Source: Solirubrobacteraceae bacterium (GTDB taxonomy: Bacteria > Actinomycetota > Thermoleophilia > Solirubrobacterales > Solirubrobacteraceae). Taken from it: 64,000 nt of DNA. Under the pieces are notes generated by a model that ran no database searches, was not told where the DNA came from, and saw only the letters and a list, made by a program, of their open reading frames with translations. The stretch lies in contig JAJCYD010000005.1 in NCBI GenBank assembly GCA_029263125.1, forward strand, positions 103,720 to 167,719. Direction: 5' to 3'. Shown here piece after piece: positions 52,248-64,000 of the stretch. The translations under genes and the position numbers were made by a program. Numbering within the stretch: position 1 is the stretch's first letter; each line of letters starts with the position of its first letter.

Positions 52248-52533
52248 CGCTGCGCAGCCAGGCTAGGACACGTCGCGACTCCTCGCCGCATCCCAACGCG
52301 CGCTTAACGAAAGAGCGACGCAGAGGGCAGTTCCGCTTCGAGGACCCGTTCGGCCCGGTCGCACCTCGAAAGGGCGCCCCGGCTTCTGGGTGGCGCGGCC
52401 TCACACCTCGGCGGCCTCGCTCTTGTGCGGTTCTGACTTCCGCGTCGCACTGCGAAGGATGCACATCCGACCTGACCCGGACAAGAGCCGATCCGCACAA
52501 GATCCCGCACGTTCCGTGAAATAGTCTGAGGGC

Positions 52534-54324
52534 ATGACCGTCCAAGACGTCTCCTGGGACCTTTCACCGCTCGTCCATGGCGAGGGCGACGCCGGCGCCG
52601 ACCGCCTGCTCGACGAGGCCGCGACCCGCGCGCACGCCTTCTCGGAGGCCTACGCCGGCAAGGTCGCCGAGCTCGATGCCCCCACGTTCGTCGCCGCGGT
52701 GCGCGAGATGCAGGGCATCTCCGAGCTCGCCGCCCGTGCCGGCAACTACGCGATGCTGCGCTTCAGCATCGACACCGCCGACCCCGCGCTCGGCGCGCTG
52801 CTGCAACGCGTGCAGGAGAAGGGCACGGCGCTGGAGACCCAGCTGCTGTTCTTCGAGCTCGAGTGGGCCACGCTCTGCGACGAGCACGCCGACGCGCTGA
52901 TCGCCGCCGACGGTCTGGACACGGCCCGCCACTTCCTGCGCTCCGCTCGCCGCTATCGCCCGCACCTGCTGACCGAGCCCGAGGAGAAGATCCTCACCGA
53001 GAAGTCGGTCTCCGGCGCCTCGGCCTGGGGCCGGCTGTTCAGCGAGCACGTCTCCGCGCTGCAGGTCTCCCTTCCCGGCGAGGACGAGCCGCTGACGCTG
53101 GATGGCGCGCTCGCCCGGCTGATGTCCGGCGACCGCGACGCGCGCCGCACGGCGGCCGAGAGCGTGACGGCGGCGCTGCAGCCAGGGGTGCGCACCCGCG
53201 CGTTCATTTTCAACACGCTGCTGCACGACAAGGCGACCGACGACCGGCTGCGCTCCTTCCCCAACTGGCTGGCGTCGCGCAACCTCTCAAACGAGGCCTC
53301 CGACGAGTCCGTCCAAGCGCTGCTGACGGCCGTGCGCAACCGCTATGAGCTGCCGCGGCGCTGGTATCGCCTGAAGGCGCAGCTCCTGGGGATCGACCAG
53401 CTCGCCGACTACGACCGCATGGCCGCGGTCACTCAGGACGACGAGGACCCCGTCGAATGGGAGGAGGCCAAGGAGCTCGTGCTGGACTCCTACGCGTCCT
53501 TCACCCCCGAGCTCGGCGATCCGGCGCGGGCGTTCTTCGACGAGCACCGCATCGACGCGCCGCCGCGGCCGGCCAAGCGCGGAGGCGCCTTCGCCGCCTA
53601 CACCGTCCCCAGCGAGCATCCCTACCTGATGCTCAACTACACCGCCAAGCGCCGCGACGTGCTCGTCCTGGCCCACGAGATGGGCCATGGCCTGCACGCC
53701 GAGCTCGCCCGGCCGCGCGGGATCCTCGAGCAGCACACGCCGCTGACGCTCGCCGAGACCGCGTCGGTGTTCGGCGAGACGCTCGTCTTCCGGCGCCTGC
53801 TCGAACGGGCTTCGACGCCCGAGTCGCGGCTGAGCCTGCTCGCCGAGTCGATCGAGGGCTCGATCGCCACGGTCTTCCGCCAGACGGCGATGAACCGCTT
53901 CGAGGAGCTCGTGCACACCTCGCGCCGCGATGAGGGCGAGCTCGCCGTGGACCGCTTCAACGAGCTGTGGGTGCAGTCCCAGGAGGAGATGCTCGGCGAC
54001 AGCGTGGCGCTCACCGACGGCTACGCGATGTGGTGGTCCTACGTGCCGCACTTCATCTCCACCCCCGGCTACGTCTACGCGTATGCCTACGGCCAGCTGC
54101 TGGCGCTGTCGATCTACAAGCGCTACGTCGACGAGGGCGAGTCCTTCGTGCCCAGCTACCTGAAGCTGCTGCGCGCCGGCGGCTCGCACAGCCCCGAAGA
54201 GCTCGGAGCGATGGTCGGGATCGACCTGTCGGACCCCGGCTTCTGGGACAGCGGGCTGGACCTCGTCGAGGCGCAGCTCACCGAGGCCGAGGAGGCCGCC
54301 CACGCGTCGCTGTCGAGCGCGTGA
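52534..54324 (+). CDS. pepF: M3-family oligoendopeptidase F
   Basis: HEMGHGLH zinc site. Overall length and layout fit PepF. Confidence 0.88.
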   Translation: MTVQDVSWDLSPLVHGEGDAGADRLLDEAATRAHAFSEAYAGKVAELDAPTFVAAVREMQGISELAARAGNYAMLRFSIDTADPALGALLQRVQEKGTALETQLLFFELEWATLCDEHADALIAADGLDTARHFLRSARRYRPHLLTEPEEKILTEKSVSGASAWGRLFSEHVSALQVSLPGEDEPLTLDGALARLMSGDRDARRTAAESVTAALQPGVRTRAFIFNTLLHDKATDDRLRSFPNWLASRNLSNEASDESVQALLTAVRNRYELPRRWYRLKAQLLGIDQLADYDRMAAVTQDDEDPVEWEEAKELVLDSYASFTPELGDPARAFFDEHRIDAPPRPAKRGGAFAAYTVPSEHPYLMLNYTAKRRDVLVLAHEMGHGLHAELARPRGILEQHTPLTLAETASVFGETLVFRRLLERASTPESRLSLLAESIEGSIATVFRQTAMNRFEELVHTSRRDEGELAVDRFNELWVQSQEEMLGDSVALTDGYAMWWSYVPHFISTPGYVYAYAYGQLLALSIYKRYVDEGESFVPSYLKLLRAGGSHSPEELGAMVGIDLSDPGFWDSGLDLVEAQLTEAEEAAHASLSSA

Positions 54325-54381
54325 GATGAGCCCGGCACACGAGTTGCGCAGGGCGTTATCTGCGCTTGTCACAATGCACGC

Positions 54382-55290
54382 ATGAGTCAGCTTTGGCCAG
54401 CGCCCTCCAGGCCCGCCAGCGAGCCGCCCACCGGCGATCCGGCCGCCCTGCAACCCGCACCCCCCGGCCACGAGCCGCCCGATCACGAGCAGGTTCTGCC
54501 GGGGCGCCCCGAACCGCCCAAGCCGCTGTGGCGGAGGTCGATCGGATGGCTCGCCGCCGCCGGGCTGCTGCTGCTGAAGTTCGGCAAGGTCCTGCTGCTG
54601 CTGCTGCCCAAGGCGAAGATCCTCACGACGTCGGGGACGATGCTCGTCTCGATCGCCGCCTACAGCCTGATCTGGGGCTGGAAGTTCGCCGCCGGGTTCG
54701 TGCTGCTGCTGTTCGTCCACGAGATGGGCCACGTCATCCAGCTGCGGCGCGAGGGCATCGAGGCGTCCGCGCCGATGTTCATCCCGTTCCTCGGCGCGGC
54801 GGTCATGGCCAAGTCGCTGGGCAACGACGCCACCGCGGAGGCCCGCGTCGGGCTCGCCGGCCCGATCCTCGGCACGCTCGGCGCCCTCGCGCTCGTGCCG
54901 GTCGCGATCAACACCGGCGACGACTTCTGGTACGCGCTCGTCTTCGTCGGCCTGTTCCTGAACCTCTTCAACCTGCTGCCCGTGGTGCCGCTGGACGGCG
55001 GCCGTGCGATGGCCGCGCTGTCGCCGAGGTTCTGGTTCGTCGGCCTGTTCGGGCTTGCGCTGCTGACCTTCACCTACCCCAACCCGATCCTCCTCCTGAT
55101 CCTGCTGCTGGGCGGCTATGAGACCTACAAGCGCTGGAAGGCGCGCAAGGAGGGCGGCGACGAGGTCCAGGCGTACTACAACGTCAAGCGAGCACATCGC
55201 TGGGCCATCGCCGCGGTCTACCTCACGCTGATCGTCGTCTGCGCGGTCGGGATGGAGCTCACCCACATCGAGCGCAGCATCCCCACCTGA
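54382..55290 (+). CDS. Site-2 protease (M50) family metallopeptidase
   Basis: HEMGHV in a TM helix plus NLLPVVPLDGG. Confidence 0.85.
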   Translation: MSQLWPAPSRPASEPPTGDPAALQPAPPGHEPPDHEQVLPGRPEPPKPLWRRSIGWLAAAGLLLLKFGKVLLLLLPKAKILTTSGTMLVSIAAYSLIWGWKFAAGFVLLLFVHEMGHVIQLRREGIEASAPMFIPFLGAAVMAKSLGNDATAEARVGLAGPILGTLGALALVPVAINTGDDFWYALVFVGLFLNLFNLLPVVPLDGGRAMAALSPRFWFVGLFGLALLTFTYPNPILLLILLLGGYETYKRWKARKEGGDEVQAYYNVKRAHRWAIAAVYLTLIVVCAVGMELTHIERSIPT

Positions 55291-55325
55291 CGCCGGTCAG
55301 CAGTGCGGCTCGGTAGCGTCTAGCC

Positions 55326-56228
55326 GTGCCTGAAATCGCAGTCGAGCGCCTGAGCAAGCGCTACGGGGAGACGCTGGCTGTCGACGATCTCTCCTTCACC
55401 GTCGAGGCGGGACGCGTCACCGGCTTCCTCGGGCCCAACGGCTCGGGCAAGTCGACGACGCTGCGCGCGCTGCTGGGACTGATCCGGCCGACGAGCGGTC
55501 ATGCGCTCGTGCTGGGCCGCCCGTTCCACGAGCTCGCCAACCCGGTGCAGACCGTCGGCGCGTCGCTGGACGCCAGCGACGTGCACCCCGGACGCACCGG
55601 GCGCAGCCATCTGCGAACGCTGTCGGCGGCCGCCGGGCTGCCCAACAGCCGCGTCGACGAGGTCCTCGACATGACCGAGCTGACTCCGGCGCGCGACCGC
55701 CGCGTCAAGGGCTACTCGATGGGCATGCGCCAGCGCCTGGCGCTCGCGGCCGCGCTGCTCGGCGATCCGAAGATCCTGATGCTCGACGAGCCCGCCAACG
55801 GCCTGGATCCGCAGGGCATGCGCTGGCTGCGCGACATCCTCGTGGCCCTCGCGGGCGAGGGGCGGGCCGTGCTGATCTCAAGCCACGTCCTGTCGGAGGT
55901 CGAGCAGACCGTCGACAGCGTCGTCGTGATCGGCGCCGGTCGCCTGGTCATGCAGGGCTCGCTGCAGGACCTCATCGCCGGCGACCAGCGGCCCGCGCTC
56001 GTGCGCTCACCACGGCGCGACGAGCTGCGCGAGCTGCTGGAGCAGACCGGGGCCAGCGCGACCGTCGACGGGCGCTCGGATCGCATGCTCGTGCACCACG
56101 CGTCGCTTGAGGACATCGGGCTGCTGGCGGCCAAGCACGGCATCCCGGTGTTCGAGCTCACTCGGGCGGTCAGCACCCTGGAAGATCGCTTCCTGGAGCT
56201 GACCGGCGAGGGCGGCAACGTCCGATGA
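55326..56228 (+). CDS. ABC transporter ATP-binding protein (ABC-2 type)
   Basis: GPNGSGKST (Walker A), YSMGMRQRL (signature) and ILMLDEP (Walker B). Confidence 0.9.
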   Translation: MPEIAVERLSKRYGETLAVDDLSFTVEAGRVTGFLGPNGSGKSTTLRALLGLIRPTSGHALVLGRPFHELANPVQTVGASLDASDVHPGRTGRSHLRTLSAAAGLPNSRVDEVLDMTELTPARDRRVKGYSMGMRQRLALAAALLGDPKILMLDEPANGLDPQGMRWLRDILVALAGEGRAVLISSHVLSEVEQTVDSVVVIGAGRLVMQGSLQDLIAGDQRPALVRSPRRDELRELLEQTGASATVDGRSDRMLVHHASLEDIGLLAAKHGIPVFELTRAVSTLEDRFLELTGEGGNVR

Positions 56229-56950
56229 GGATCCTGCGCTCGGAGTGGCTGAAGGCCATCTCGGTGCCCACCGCGTGGATCCTGCTCGGCACGATGGTGC
56301 TGATCGAGGCGCTTGCCGCGGGCCTCGTCACGGGCCTGGTCGACGTCAAGGAGCTGCGCGGCCGAGACCCGGCCTCGCTGCTGATCGGCACGCCGCTGTC
56401 GACGGTGCTGATCTTCACGCTCGGCGCGCTGCTGGCGACCAACGAGTACCGCCACGGGACGGCGAACCAGACGTTCGTCATCACGCCGCGCCGCGAGCGG
56501 GTGATCGTGGCGAAGCTCGCGGTCGGGCTCGTCATCGGGGTCGTGTCGGCGCTGCTCTACATCACCGTCAACGCGGGCCTCGCGCTGTCGATCCTCTCCA
56601 ACCGCGGCGTGCCGGTCGACGGCGACCTGGCCGTCAACATCTACAGCGGGGTGGGAGTCGGGATCGTGCTCGGCTGCGTGTTCGGCGTCGCGCTGGGCGC
56701 GCTGTTGCGCAACCAGGTGCTGGCGATCGTTGTCGGGCTCGTCCTGTTTCTCCTGCGCGGCGTCGTCGCCCTGTTCATCGGCACGACGGTCGGAAAGTTC
56801 TTTCCCGGCGAGGCGCTGCTGGCGCTGCAGGGCACGCCCACCAACGAGAACCTGCTCAGCCAGACCGACGCCGGCCTGGTGCTTGCGGCGACATGCCTGG
56901 CGCTGGCGATCGCCGGGGTCGCGGCGACGCGCTACCGCGAGATCACATAG
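56225..56950 (+). CDS. ABC-2 family transporter permease
   Basis: Six hydrophobic helices. ATGA overlap with the ATPase gene. Confidence 0.8.
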   Translation: MRILRSEWLKAISVPTAWILLGTMVLIEALAAGLVTGLVDVKELRGRDPASLLIGTPLSTVLIFTLGALLATNEYRHGTANQTFVITPRRERVIVAKLAVGLVIGVVSALLYITVNAGLALSILSNRGVPVDGDLAVNIYSGVGVGIVLGCVFGVALGALLRNQVLAIVVGLVLFLLRGVVALFIGTTVGKFFPGEALLALQGTPTNENLLSQTDAGLVLAATCLALAIAGVAATRYREIT

Positions 56951-56954
56951 CCCG

Positions 56955-57434
56955 TCAGCGGTTGGCGTCTGAGAGCGCGCGCGAGAGGTCGCGCTTCATC
57001 TCGCGGTCCTTGATCGACTCGCGCTTGTCAAAGCGGTCCTTGCCCTTGGCAAGCGCGATCTCGACCTTGGCCCGGCCGTTGGAGAAGTACATCCGCGTCG
57101 GGACGAGGGTGAGGCCCTTCTCCTTGGTCTGCGCCTTGAGCCTGTCGATCTGGCGGCGGTTGAGCAGCAGCTTGCGGTCGCGCTCGGGATCGTGGTTGTT
57201 GCGCGAGGCCGGGCCGTAGGGCGGGATGTGGATCGAGACGAGGTACACCTCGCCGTCGCGGATCAGCGCGTAGCCCTCCTTGAGCTGGCAGCCGCCCTCG
57301 CGCAGGGACTTGACCTCGGTGCCCTCGAGCACGATGCCGCACTCGACCTTGTCGCGCAGGTCGTACTTGAAGCTCGCATAGCGGTTGGACGCGATGTCGC
57401 CGGGCGCGACCTTGCGCTTCTTGCTCTTGGCCAT
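56955..57434 (-). CDS. smpB: SsrA-binding protein SmpB
   Basis: NRYASFKYDL...GIVLEGTEVKSLREG...YLVSIHIPPY...HDPERDRKLLL. Only the last 159 codons of the 607-aa track ORF are real. Confidence 0.93.
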   Translation of the reverse strand: MAKSKKRKVAPGDIASNRYASFKYDLRDKVECGIVLEGTEVKSLREGGCQLKEGYALIRDGEVYLVSIHIPPYGPASRNNHDPERDRKLLLNRRQIDRLKAQTKEKGLTLVPTRMYFSNGRAKVEIALAKGKDRFDKRESIKDREMKRDLSRALSDANR

Positions 57435-57478
57435 GGATTGAGCGTAGTACGGTGTGGCTCGTCCACACATCCGGGGGG

Positions 57479-58931
<1,453 letters not shown>

Positions 58932-59029
58932 CGTCCCGGCATGGCCGGGCTGCACGTCGGAGATGTGGCGCGACCTCGTCTGTGATCAGGACTCACGACC
59001 GGGAGTGCCCAGCGGTTGCGCGCTCACAT

Positions 59030-59069
59030 GAGTAGCCCCTGCTAGCACTGGTGCTAGCAGGCGCTACTC
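59030..59069. terminator. Long hairpin between convergent thiC and rnr (candidate bidirectional terminator)
   Basis: gagtagcccctgctagcac-tg-gtgctagcaggcgctactc. 19-bp arms with one mismatch. Confidence 0.6.
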
Positions 59070-59086
59070 ACCCGGCGCAGGACGAC

Positions 59087-60934
59087 TCAACCGCGGGGCG
59101 AGGATGCGCGACCGGGCCGCGAGCCGGCGCCCGATCGCGAGCCGGCCGTTGGTCGTGCGCTGCGCGCGTCCATCGGCGAGCCCGCGCCGGCGCCATCCAC
59201 CGGACCGAGATCGACGCGTCCGCGGGCGGTGTCCACGCGCTCGACGCGCACGCGGACGGGGTCGCCCAGACGCAGGGTCTCCCCCGTGCGCTCGCCGGTG
59301 AGGATCGTGCCCTGCTCGTTGAGCTCCCACCAGTCGCCGCGCAGCGCTCGCAGCGGCAGCATGCCCTCGTGGCCGCCCTGCAAGCGCACGAAGGCGCCCG
59401 CGCCGATCAGGCCGGTGACCTCGCCGTCGAACTGGCGATCCCAGCCGCGCTCGAAGAGCTCGCGCTCGAGCACGAAGGCGCGCGTGACGCGGTCGGCGAG
59501 ACGTTCGGTCTGCATCGCGTCGCGCTCGCGCTCTGAGGACCACGCGCCCGTCGCCTCCATCACGTGGCCCTTCGGCGGCTGCTCGCCGCCGCCGACGGCG
59601 CTGAGCAGCGCTCGGTGGCAGACGAGGTCCGGGTAGCGGCGAATCGGCGAGGTGAAGTGGCAGTAGTGCGTGAGCCCGAGCCCGGCATGGCCGAGGTTCC
59701 TGGGGTCGTAGGTGGCCTGCTTGAGCGAGCGCAGGATGAGGAACGTCAGCGCGTCGCGGCCGTGGCCGGTGCGGCGCACGTGCTGGCCGACCATCCGCGA
59801 GCAGGCGGCCACGACCTCGGCGGCCTCGCTCGGCGTCATGTGCTCGCTCACCGGCGGCGTCGCGACGCCCAGCGAGTCCAGCTGCTCGATGAGCCGCAGC
59901 GCGCTCTCCCCGTCGGGCTTCTCGTGAACGCGGTACAGCGCCGGCACGCCACGGTCGGCGAGCAGCCGCGCCACCTGCTCGTTGGCGGCGATCATCAGGT
60001 GCTCGATCAGGCGATGGGACTCGGTCTGCTCGCTCGCGCCCGCCGCGGCCACGTGTCCGCGGGCATCGAAGGCGAACTCCGGCTCGCTGGTCTGCAGCTC
60101 CAGCGCCTCCTGCGCCATGCGCCGCTCGTGCAGCGCCGCGCTCACCGCTCGGGCGGCCGCCAGCGGAGCCGACCATGGCTCCTGCGCCGATTGCGCTCCC
60201 GCGAACAGGCGGTCCACGCGCTCGTAGTCCAGCCGCGCGTCCGAGCGGATCGTCGAGCGGTAAAACGCGGCTCGCGCCACACGGGAGCCGTCGAAGTCCA
60301 GCTCGACGGTCACCGCCGCACGCTGCTCGCCGGGCACGAGCGAACAGGCATCGTTGGACAGCGCCTCGGGCAGCATCGGCTCGACGCGACCGGGGACGTA
60401 GACGCTCGTCGCTCGCCGGGCCGCCTCGCGGTCGACGAGCGAGCCGGGCGCGACGAACGCGCTGACGTCGGCGATGTGCACCCACACCCGCGTGCCGCCG
60501 CCATCGAGCTCCTCGGCGGAGATCGCGTCGTCGAAGTCGCGCGCCGTCGCCGGATCGATCGTGAACGTCGCCAGCGCCGTGAGGTCGCGGCGCACCACCG
60601 CAGGGTCCGGGCCGCCATCGCGAGCCGTGCGCGCCGCCCGGTCGACGGCGGGGTCAAAGCACCGCCGCAGGCCGCGGTCGAGCATCAGCGCCTCCAACAC
60701 GTCGGCGGCGACGTCGGGCTGGCCGAGACGGCGCAGCACCTTCGCGTGTCCGCCGCTGCGCGACGACGGGCGCACGAGCACGAGATCGCCGGCGCGTGCC
60801 TTGGAGGCGCGCTCGACGATCATCCGGCCGCCGCGGCTGAAGAACGGCTCGGCAGTGAGGTTGCGCCCGCGCTGCCGCAGCTGGGCGACGATCGCGTCGC
60901 CGCCGTGGCCGCCGAGCGGCACGCGCCGGCTCAC
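59087..60934 (-). CDS. rnr: RNase II/R-family 3'-5' exoribonuclease with a C-terminal S1 domain
   Basis: RNB blocks (TIDPATARDFDDAIS, HRLIEHLMIAANE, HFTSPIRRYPDL) plus an S1-like C-terminus. Its GTG start overlaps the ctp stop. Confidence 0.88.
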   Translation of the reverse strand: MSRRVPLGGHGGDAIVAQLRQRGRNLTAEPFFSRGGRMIVERASKARAGDLVLVRPSSRSGGHAKVLRRLGQPDVAADVLEALMLDRGLRRCFDPAVDRAARTARDGGPDPAVVRRDLTALATFTIDPATARDFDDAISAEELDGGGTRVWVHIADVSAFVAPGSLVDREAARRATSVYVPGRVEPMLPEALSNDACSLVPGEQRAAVTVELDFDGSRVARAAFYRSTIRSDARLDYERVDRLFAGAQSAQEPWSAPLAAARAVSAALHERRMAQEALELQTSEPEFAFDARGHVAAAGASEQTESHRLIEHLMIAANEQVARLLADRGVPALYRVHEKPDGESALRLIEQLDSLGVATPPVSEHMTPSEAAEVVAACSRMVGQHVRRTGHGRDALTFLILRSLKQATYDPRNLGHAGLGLTHYCHFTSPIRRYPDLVCHRALLSAVGGGEQPPKGHVMEATGAWSSERERDAMQTERLADRVTRAFVLERELFERGWDRQFDGEVTGLIGAGAFVRLQGGHEGMLPLRALRGDWWELNEQGTILTGERTGETLRLGDPVRVRVERVDTARGRVDLGPVDGAGAGSPMDARSARPTAGSRSGAGSRPGRASSPRG

Positions 60935-62139
60935 AGCTTGCCCGCGAGCACCTTCAACGCGCGGACCAGCGCCTCGTCCTCGTCGCGCGTCTTCGGATCG
61001 TCGCGCACCGAGACGTCGGGCTTGATGCCGCTGCCGGTCTTCACGCCCGCGCCACCGAGGTTGCGCCCGCTGGGCAAGAAGTACTGACCGACGGTGATGT
61101 CCAGCGCGCCGCCGTTGGGAAGGCGCATGATCTGCTGGAAGACGCCCTTGCCGAAGGTCTTCACGCCGACGACGGTCGCGCGATCGCGGTCCTGCAGGGC
61201 GCCCGCCACGATCTCGGAGGCCGACGCGGTGCCACCGTCGACGAGCACGACGGTCGGCAGCTTCCCCGCGAGCACGTCGCCCGTGGCGTTCAGCGTGACC
61301 GGGTCGACCGATCGCCCCTTTGTCGTGACGATCGGACCGCCGCGCAGGAACATGCTCGCGATCAGCTGCGCCTCGCTGACCAGGCCGCCGCCGTTGCCGC
61401 GAAGGTCCAGGACGATGCCCTTGGCGCCGCGCTTGCGCTGCTTGCGGATCGCGTCGGCGACCTCCTCGTGGGCCGTCTCCGGTCCGAACGTCGAGAGCGT
61501 GATGTAGGCCACGCGCGTGCCGCCGGCGTTGGCGATCCGCGACGTGACGACCGGCACCGAGATCGTCGCGCGGGTCACGCGCTTGGTGATCGACTTCTTG
61601 CCGCGCAGCAGGCGCAGCGTGACCTTCGTTCCCGCCGGGCCCTTGACGCGCGCCGAGGCCGCCTCCTCGGGGACCCCTGCCAGCGTGCGCCCGTTGGCGG
61701 AGGTCAGGACGTCGCCGACCCGGATGTCGGCCTTCTCGGCGGGCGAGCCCTTGTACACCGTCTCGATCCGCAGGCCCGCCTTGACGCCGCGCACCGTCGT
61801 GCCGATTCCGGAGAACTGGTTGTTGATCGCGCGCGTGAACTGCGCGTACTCCTTCGGCGAGAAATACGCCGAGAAGCGGTCGTCGAGCGACTCGACGGCC
61901 CCCTTCAGCGCCGCGTCGGAGAGCTTGTCGCGACCCACGTCGCGGTAGTAGCGGTCGTGGATCGTGTCCAGTCCTCGCAGCACGATGCGGCTGGAGTCGT
62001 CCCCGACGAGCACGTCGGCGATCGGGTCGGGCAGGTAGCGCGGATGTCCGCCGAGCCAGATCCCGGCCACGAGCACGGCCAGCGACGACAGGACCGCGAC
62101 GACCTTCGAGGTGAGCAGGCGGCGCAGCACGCCGACCAC
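60931..62139 (-). CDS. ctp: S41 C-terminal processing peptidase with a PDZ domain
   Basis: VLDLRGNGGG, DGGTASASEI and FGKGVFQ catalytic blocks. N-terminal TM anchor. Confidence 0.88.
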   Translation of the reverse strand: MVGVLRRLLTSKVVAVLSSLAVLVAGIWLGGHPRYLPDPIADVLVGDDSSRIVLRGLDTIHDRYYRDVGRDKLSDAALKGAVESLDDRFSAYFSPKEYAQFTRAINNQFSGIGTTVRGVKAGLRIETVYKGSPAEKADIRVGDVLTSANGRTLAGVPEEAASARVKGPAGTKVTLRLLRGKKSITKRVTRATISVPVVTSRIANAGGTRVAYITLSTFGPETAHEEVADAIRKQRKRGAKGIVLDLRGNGGGLVSEAQLIASMFLRGGPIVTTKGRSVDPVTLNATGDVLAGKLPTVVLVDGGTASASEIVAGALQDRDRATVVGVKTFGKGVFQQIMRLPNGGALDITVGQYFLPSGRNLGGAGVKTGSGIKPDVSVRDDPKTRDEDEALVRALKVLAGKL

Positions 62140-62166
62140 CCTAGAGACTGCCCATGATCGGCCCGC

Positions 62167-64000
62167 TCAGCGACTGCGGATCAGGGCCGCGCGCCGCAAC
62201 TGGGTCCGCAGGCCCTTGCGGTTGGTGACCAGGCGGCTGTCGGCGACCGCCACGAAGGTCACCTTGCCCTTGCGTGTCCCGAAGAGGAGGTTGCGGTTGC
62301 TCTTCGTCGTGACGCGGTAGACGCCCGGCAGGATCTTGCGCAGGCGCTTGCCATAGCCGCGGCGCAGGGTGCTGGTCGAGCTGCCGCGCCTGACCTTCTT
62401 GCGGTTCTTGTGGCCGGGCCCGGTGGTCGCCGCGAAGCGGACGCGCCCGGCGGTCGAGAACGCCGCCAGCGTGCTGCCGCCGCCCTTGACGCAGTAGCGC
62501 AGCACGCCGCGCGCGACGCGTCCGGGCGGGCCGAGCCGGCGACCGACGAGCGCCCGCGTGGAGTTCAGCGACAGGCGCCCGATCGAGCGCAGGCCGATCT
62601 TCTGGCTCTTGGGCACGCAGCGCGAGCGCTCGGCCGGCGCGGCCTCGGTGCGGTTGGGCACGCGCGCGGCGAAGACCTCCTGGTAGGGCGAGTGCTCGGG
62701 GTCAGACGCCGGCAGGTTGTTGCGCTGCGTGTCGTTCCAGAACGGGATCGCGACATCGTCGTCGGCGACGAGGCCCTGGTAGTCGCCGATGAACTTGCCC
62801 GAGGTCGACGTCGGCGCGTTGACGGCCGGATCCCACATGCGCGCGGACGCGCGGCGGTCGGTGAACGTCGCGCCGCCGTCCTCCGAGCGCGCCAGGTACG
62901 TGTCGATGAAGTAGTTGGAGGGGTCGTTGCGGCGGTCGAAGAAGGAGATGTTGACCTGGCCGGACTCGGTCACCGCGATCCACGGCTGGAACTGGTCGGC
63001 GTCGCCGTTAACCGGATCCTGGTTGACGCGCACCGGCTTGCTGTAGGACCGCCCGCCGTTGGTGGACCTGAACAGCACGATGTCCGAGCCCGACTGCGGA
63101 CCCGTCCCGTCGCCTCCGGCCTTGTAGTCCACGCCGGCGAGATCGTTGGCCTTCTTGCTGCTGAGCAGCTTCTGCAGCCCCGGCACCGTCAGCGTGCCCT
63201 GCTTGATCTCCTTGCCGATCGTCGCAAGGTTTCCCAGCAGCGGGAAGCCCTCGCCGTTGCGCGACGCGGCGGCGACGTAGATGGTGCCATTGCCGTCGAC
63301 GGCGGTCGTCGGCAACGACAGGTTACGGAAGGCCTCGCCGGCGAATGGCCTGTTGACGCCGGAGATCCCCGCGATCGGCACCGCAAGCGACCACGACGCC
63401 CCGCGGTTGGTCGACTTGGATTGCATGAGCGCGTTGAGCTGGTTGTCATACCACGTCGCGTAGACCTCGCCCCTGGGCCCGATCGCCAGGTGGCAGCCGA
63501 TGCCCGAGATCAGCGTCTTCTGGCTGATCGGCAGCGGGATGTTGTCGCCAGGCGCAATGCCACCCCAGGACTTGCCGCCGTCGCGCGATCGCATCACCAC
63601 GATCTGCTGCAGCGGGATGGTCGAGCCGTCAAAGCTCCAGCAGATGTACATCGTGCCGATCTTGCCGTCGCGCGGCTTGTTGGGGGCGCCATTGACGTCG
63701 GTGTTGTTGTCGACCGCGATCCAGTTCTTGTCGTCGAGGAAGAGCCGGTTGGTCAGGGCGTTGACGCGGTTGTTGTGGACCACGGTCGGTCCGGTCCATG
63801 GCTGCCCGGGCCGCTTGGTGTGGACGGTCATGTTGAAGCCCGTGAAGGACGCCGTTCCGCCGGGCGCGTCGAGGACGTTGGCGTAGGCATTGCCCTCGTC
63901 GTCGAAGTCGATCGTGATGTCCGACGTCGTGCGATACGCGGCTTCGTTTGCGGGATCGCACTGGCCCGGCGTCTCGCAGTAGCCCGGCAGCTGGCCCTGG
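62167..64000 (-). CDS. BNR/Asp-box (sialidase-fold) secreted protein with a basic C-terminal domain; N-terminus lies beyond the window edge
   Basis: Four Asp-boxes (SRDGGKSW, STNRGASW, STNGGRSY, SEDGGATF). My translation shows the frame stays open upstream of the track's M at 63831, to base 64000 (...NAYANVLDAPGGTASFTGFNMTVH). Confidence 0.75.
   Translation of the reverse strand, partial: QGQLPGYCETPGQCDPANEAAYRTTSDITIDFDDEGNAYANVLDAPGGTASFTGFNMTVHTKRPGQPWTGPTVVHNNRVNALTNRLFLDDKNWIAVDNNTDVNGAPNKPRDGKIGTMYICWSFDGSTIPLQQIVVMRSRDGGKSWGGIAPGDNIPLPISQKTLISGIGCHLAIGPRGEVYATWYDNQLNALMQSKSTNRGASWSLAVPIAGISGVNRPFAGEAFRNLSLPTTAVDGNGTIYVAAASRNGEGFPLLGNLATIGKEIKQGTLTVPGLQKLLSSKKANDLAGVDYKAGGDGTGPQSGSDIVLFRSTNGGRSYSKPVRVNQDPVNGDADQFQPWIAVTESGQVNISFFDRRNDPSNYFIDTYLARSEDGGATFTDRRASARMWDPAVNAPTSTSGKFIGDYQGLVADDDVAIPFWNDTQRNNLPASDPEHSPYQEVFAARVPNRTEAAPAERSRCVPKSQKIGLRSIGRLSLNSTRALVGRRLGPPGRVARGVLRYCVKGGGSTLAAFSTAGRVRFAATTGPGHKNRKKVRRGSSTSTLRRGYGKRLRKILPGVYRVTTKSNRNLLFGTRKGKVTFVAVADSRLVTNRKGLRTQLRRAALIRSR

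Overview
High-GC (about 70%) chromosomal segment that looks Actinomycetota-like: opcA next to zwf, egtB/egtD, a ZAS anti-sigma factor, and a tmRNA with a G3:U acceptor wobble. Most of it is housekeeping. There is a split pentose-phosphate supercluster (glk-rpiB-tal/pgi, then gnd-zwf-opcA-GH15-pgl). It also carries the principal sigma factor, an egt (ergothioneine) cluster, thiolase/acyl-CoA dehydrogenase, DAHP synthase, an ECF sigma/anti-sigma pair, ssrA and smpB, a TPP riboswitch with thiC, RNase R and Ctp. I found no CRISPR array, tRNA or rRNA. The six-frame track holds many long spurious Arg/Ala/Pro-rich ORFs antisense to or out of frame with real genes. It also misses two genes that run off the window edges: pilT at the left and a BNR/sialidase-like gene at the right.

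The most unusual signals are all non-coding or decay-related:
- A 113-nt nested-palindrome element with perfect 14-bp terminal inverted repeats and an AT-rich palindromic apex, present twice (16.1 kb and 33.7 kb).
- A second family of about 39-nt REP-like hairpins in two tandem pairs (14.7 kb and 50.8 kb).
- A decayed accessory patch directly 3' of ssrA. It has a Phd/VapC pair with an N-truncated antitoxin and a vapC scrambled by two compensating frameshifts, an apparently intact RHH/ParE pair, and the 3' stump of an IS66-family transposase that keeps its terminal repeat.

I cannot demonstrate a complete new multi-gene system from sequence alone. The orphan gene pairs at 26.7-28.5 kb and 31.8-32.7 kb are the best coding candidates for something uncharacterised.
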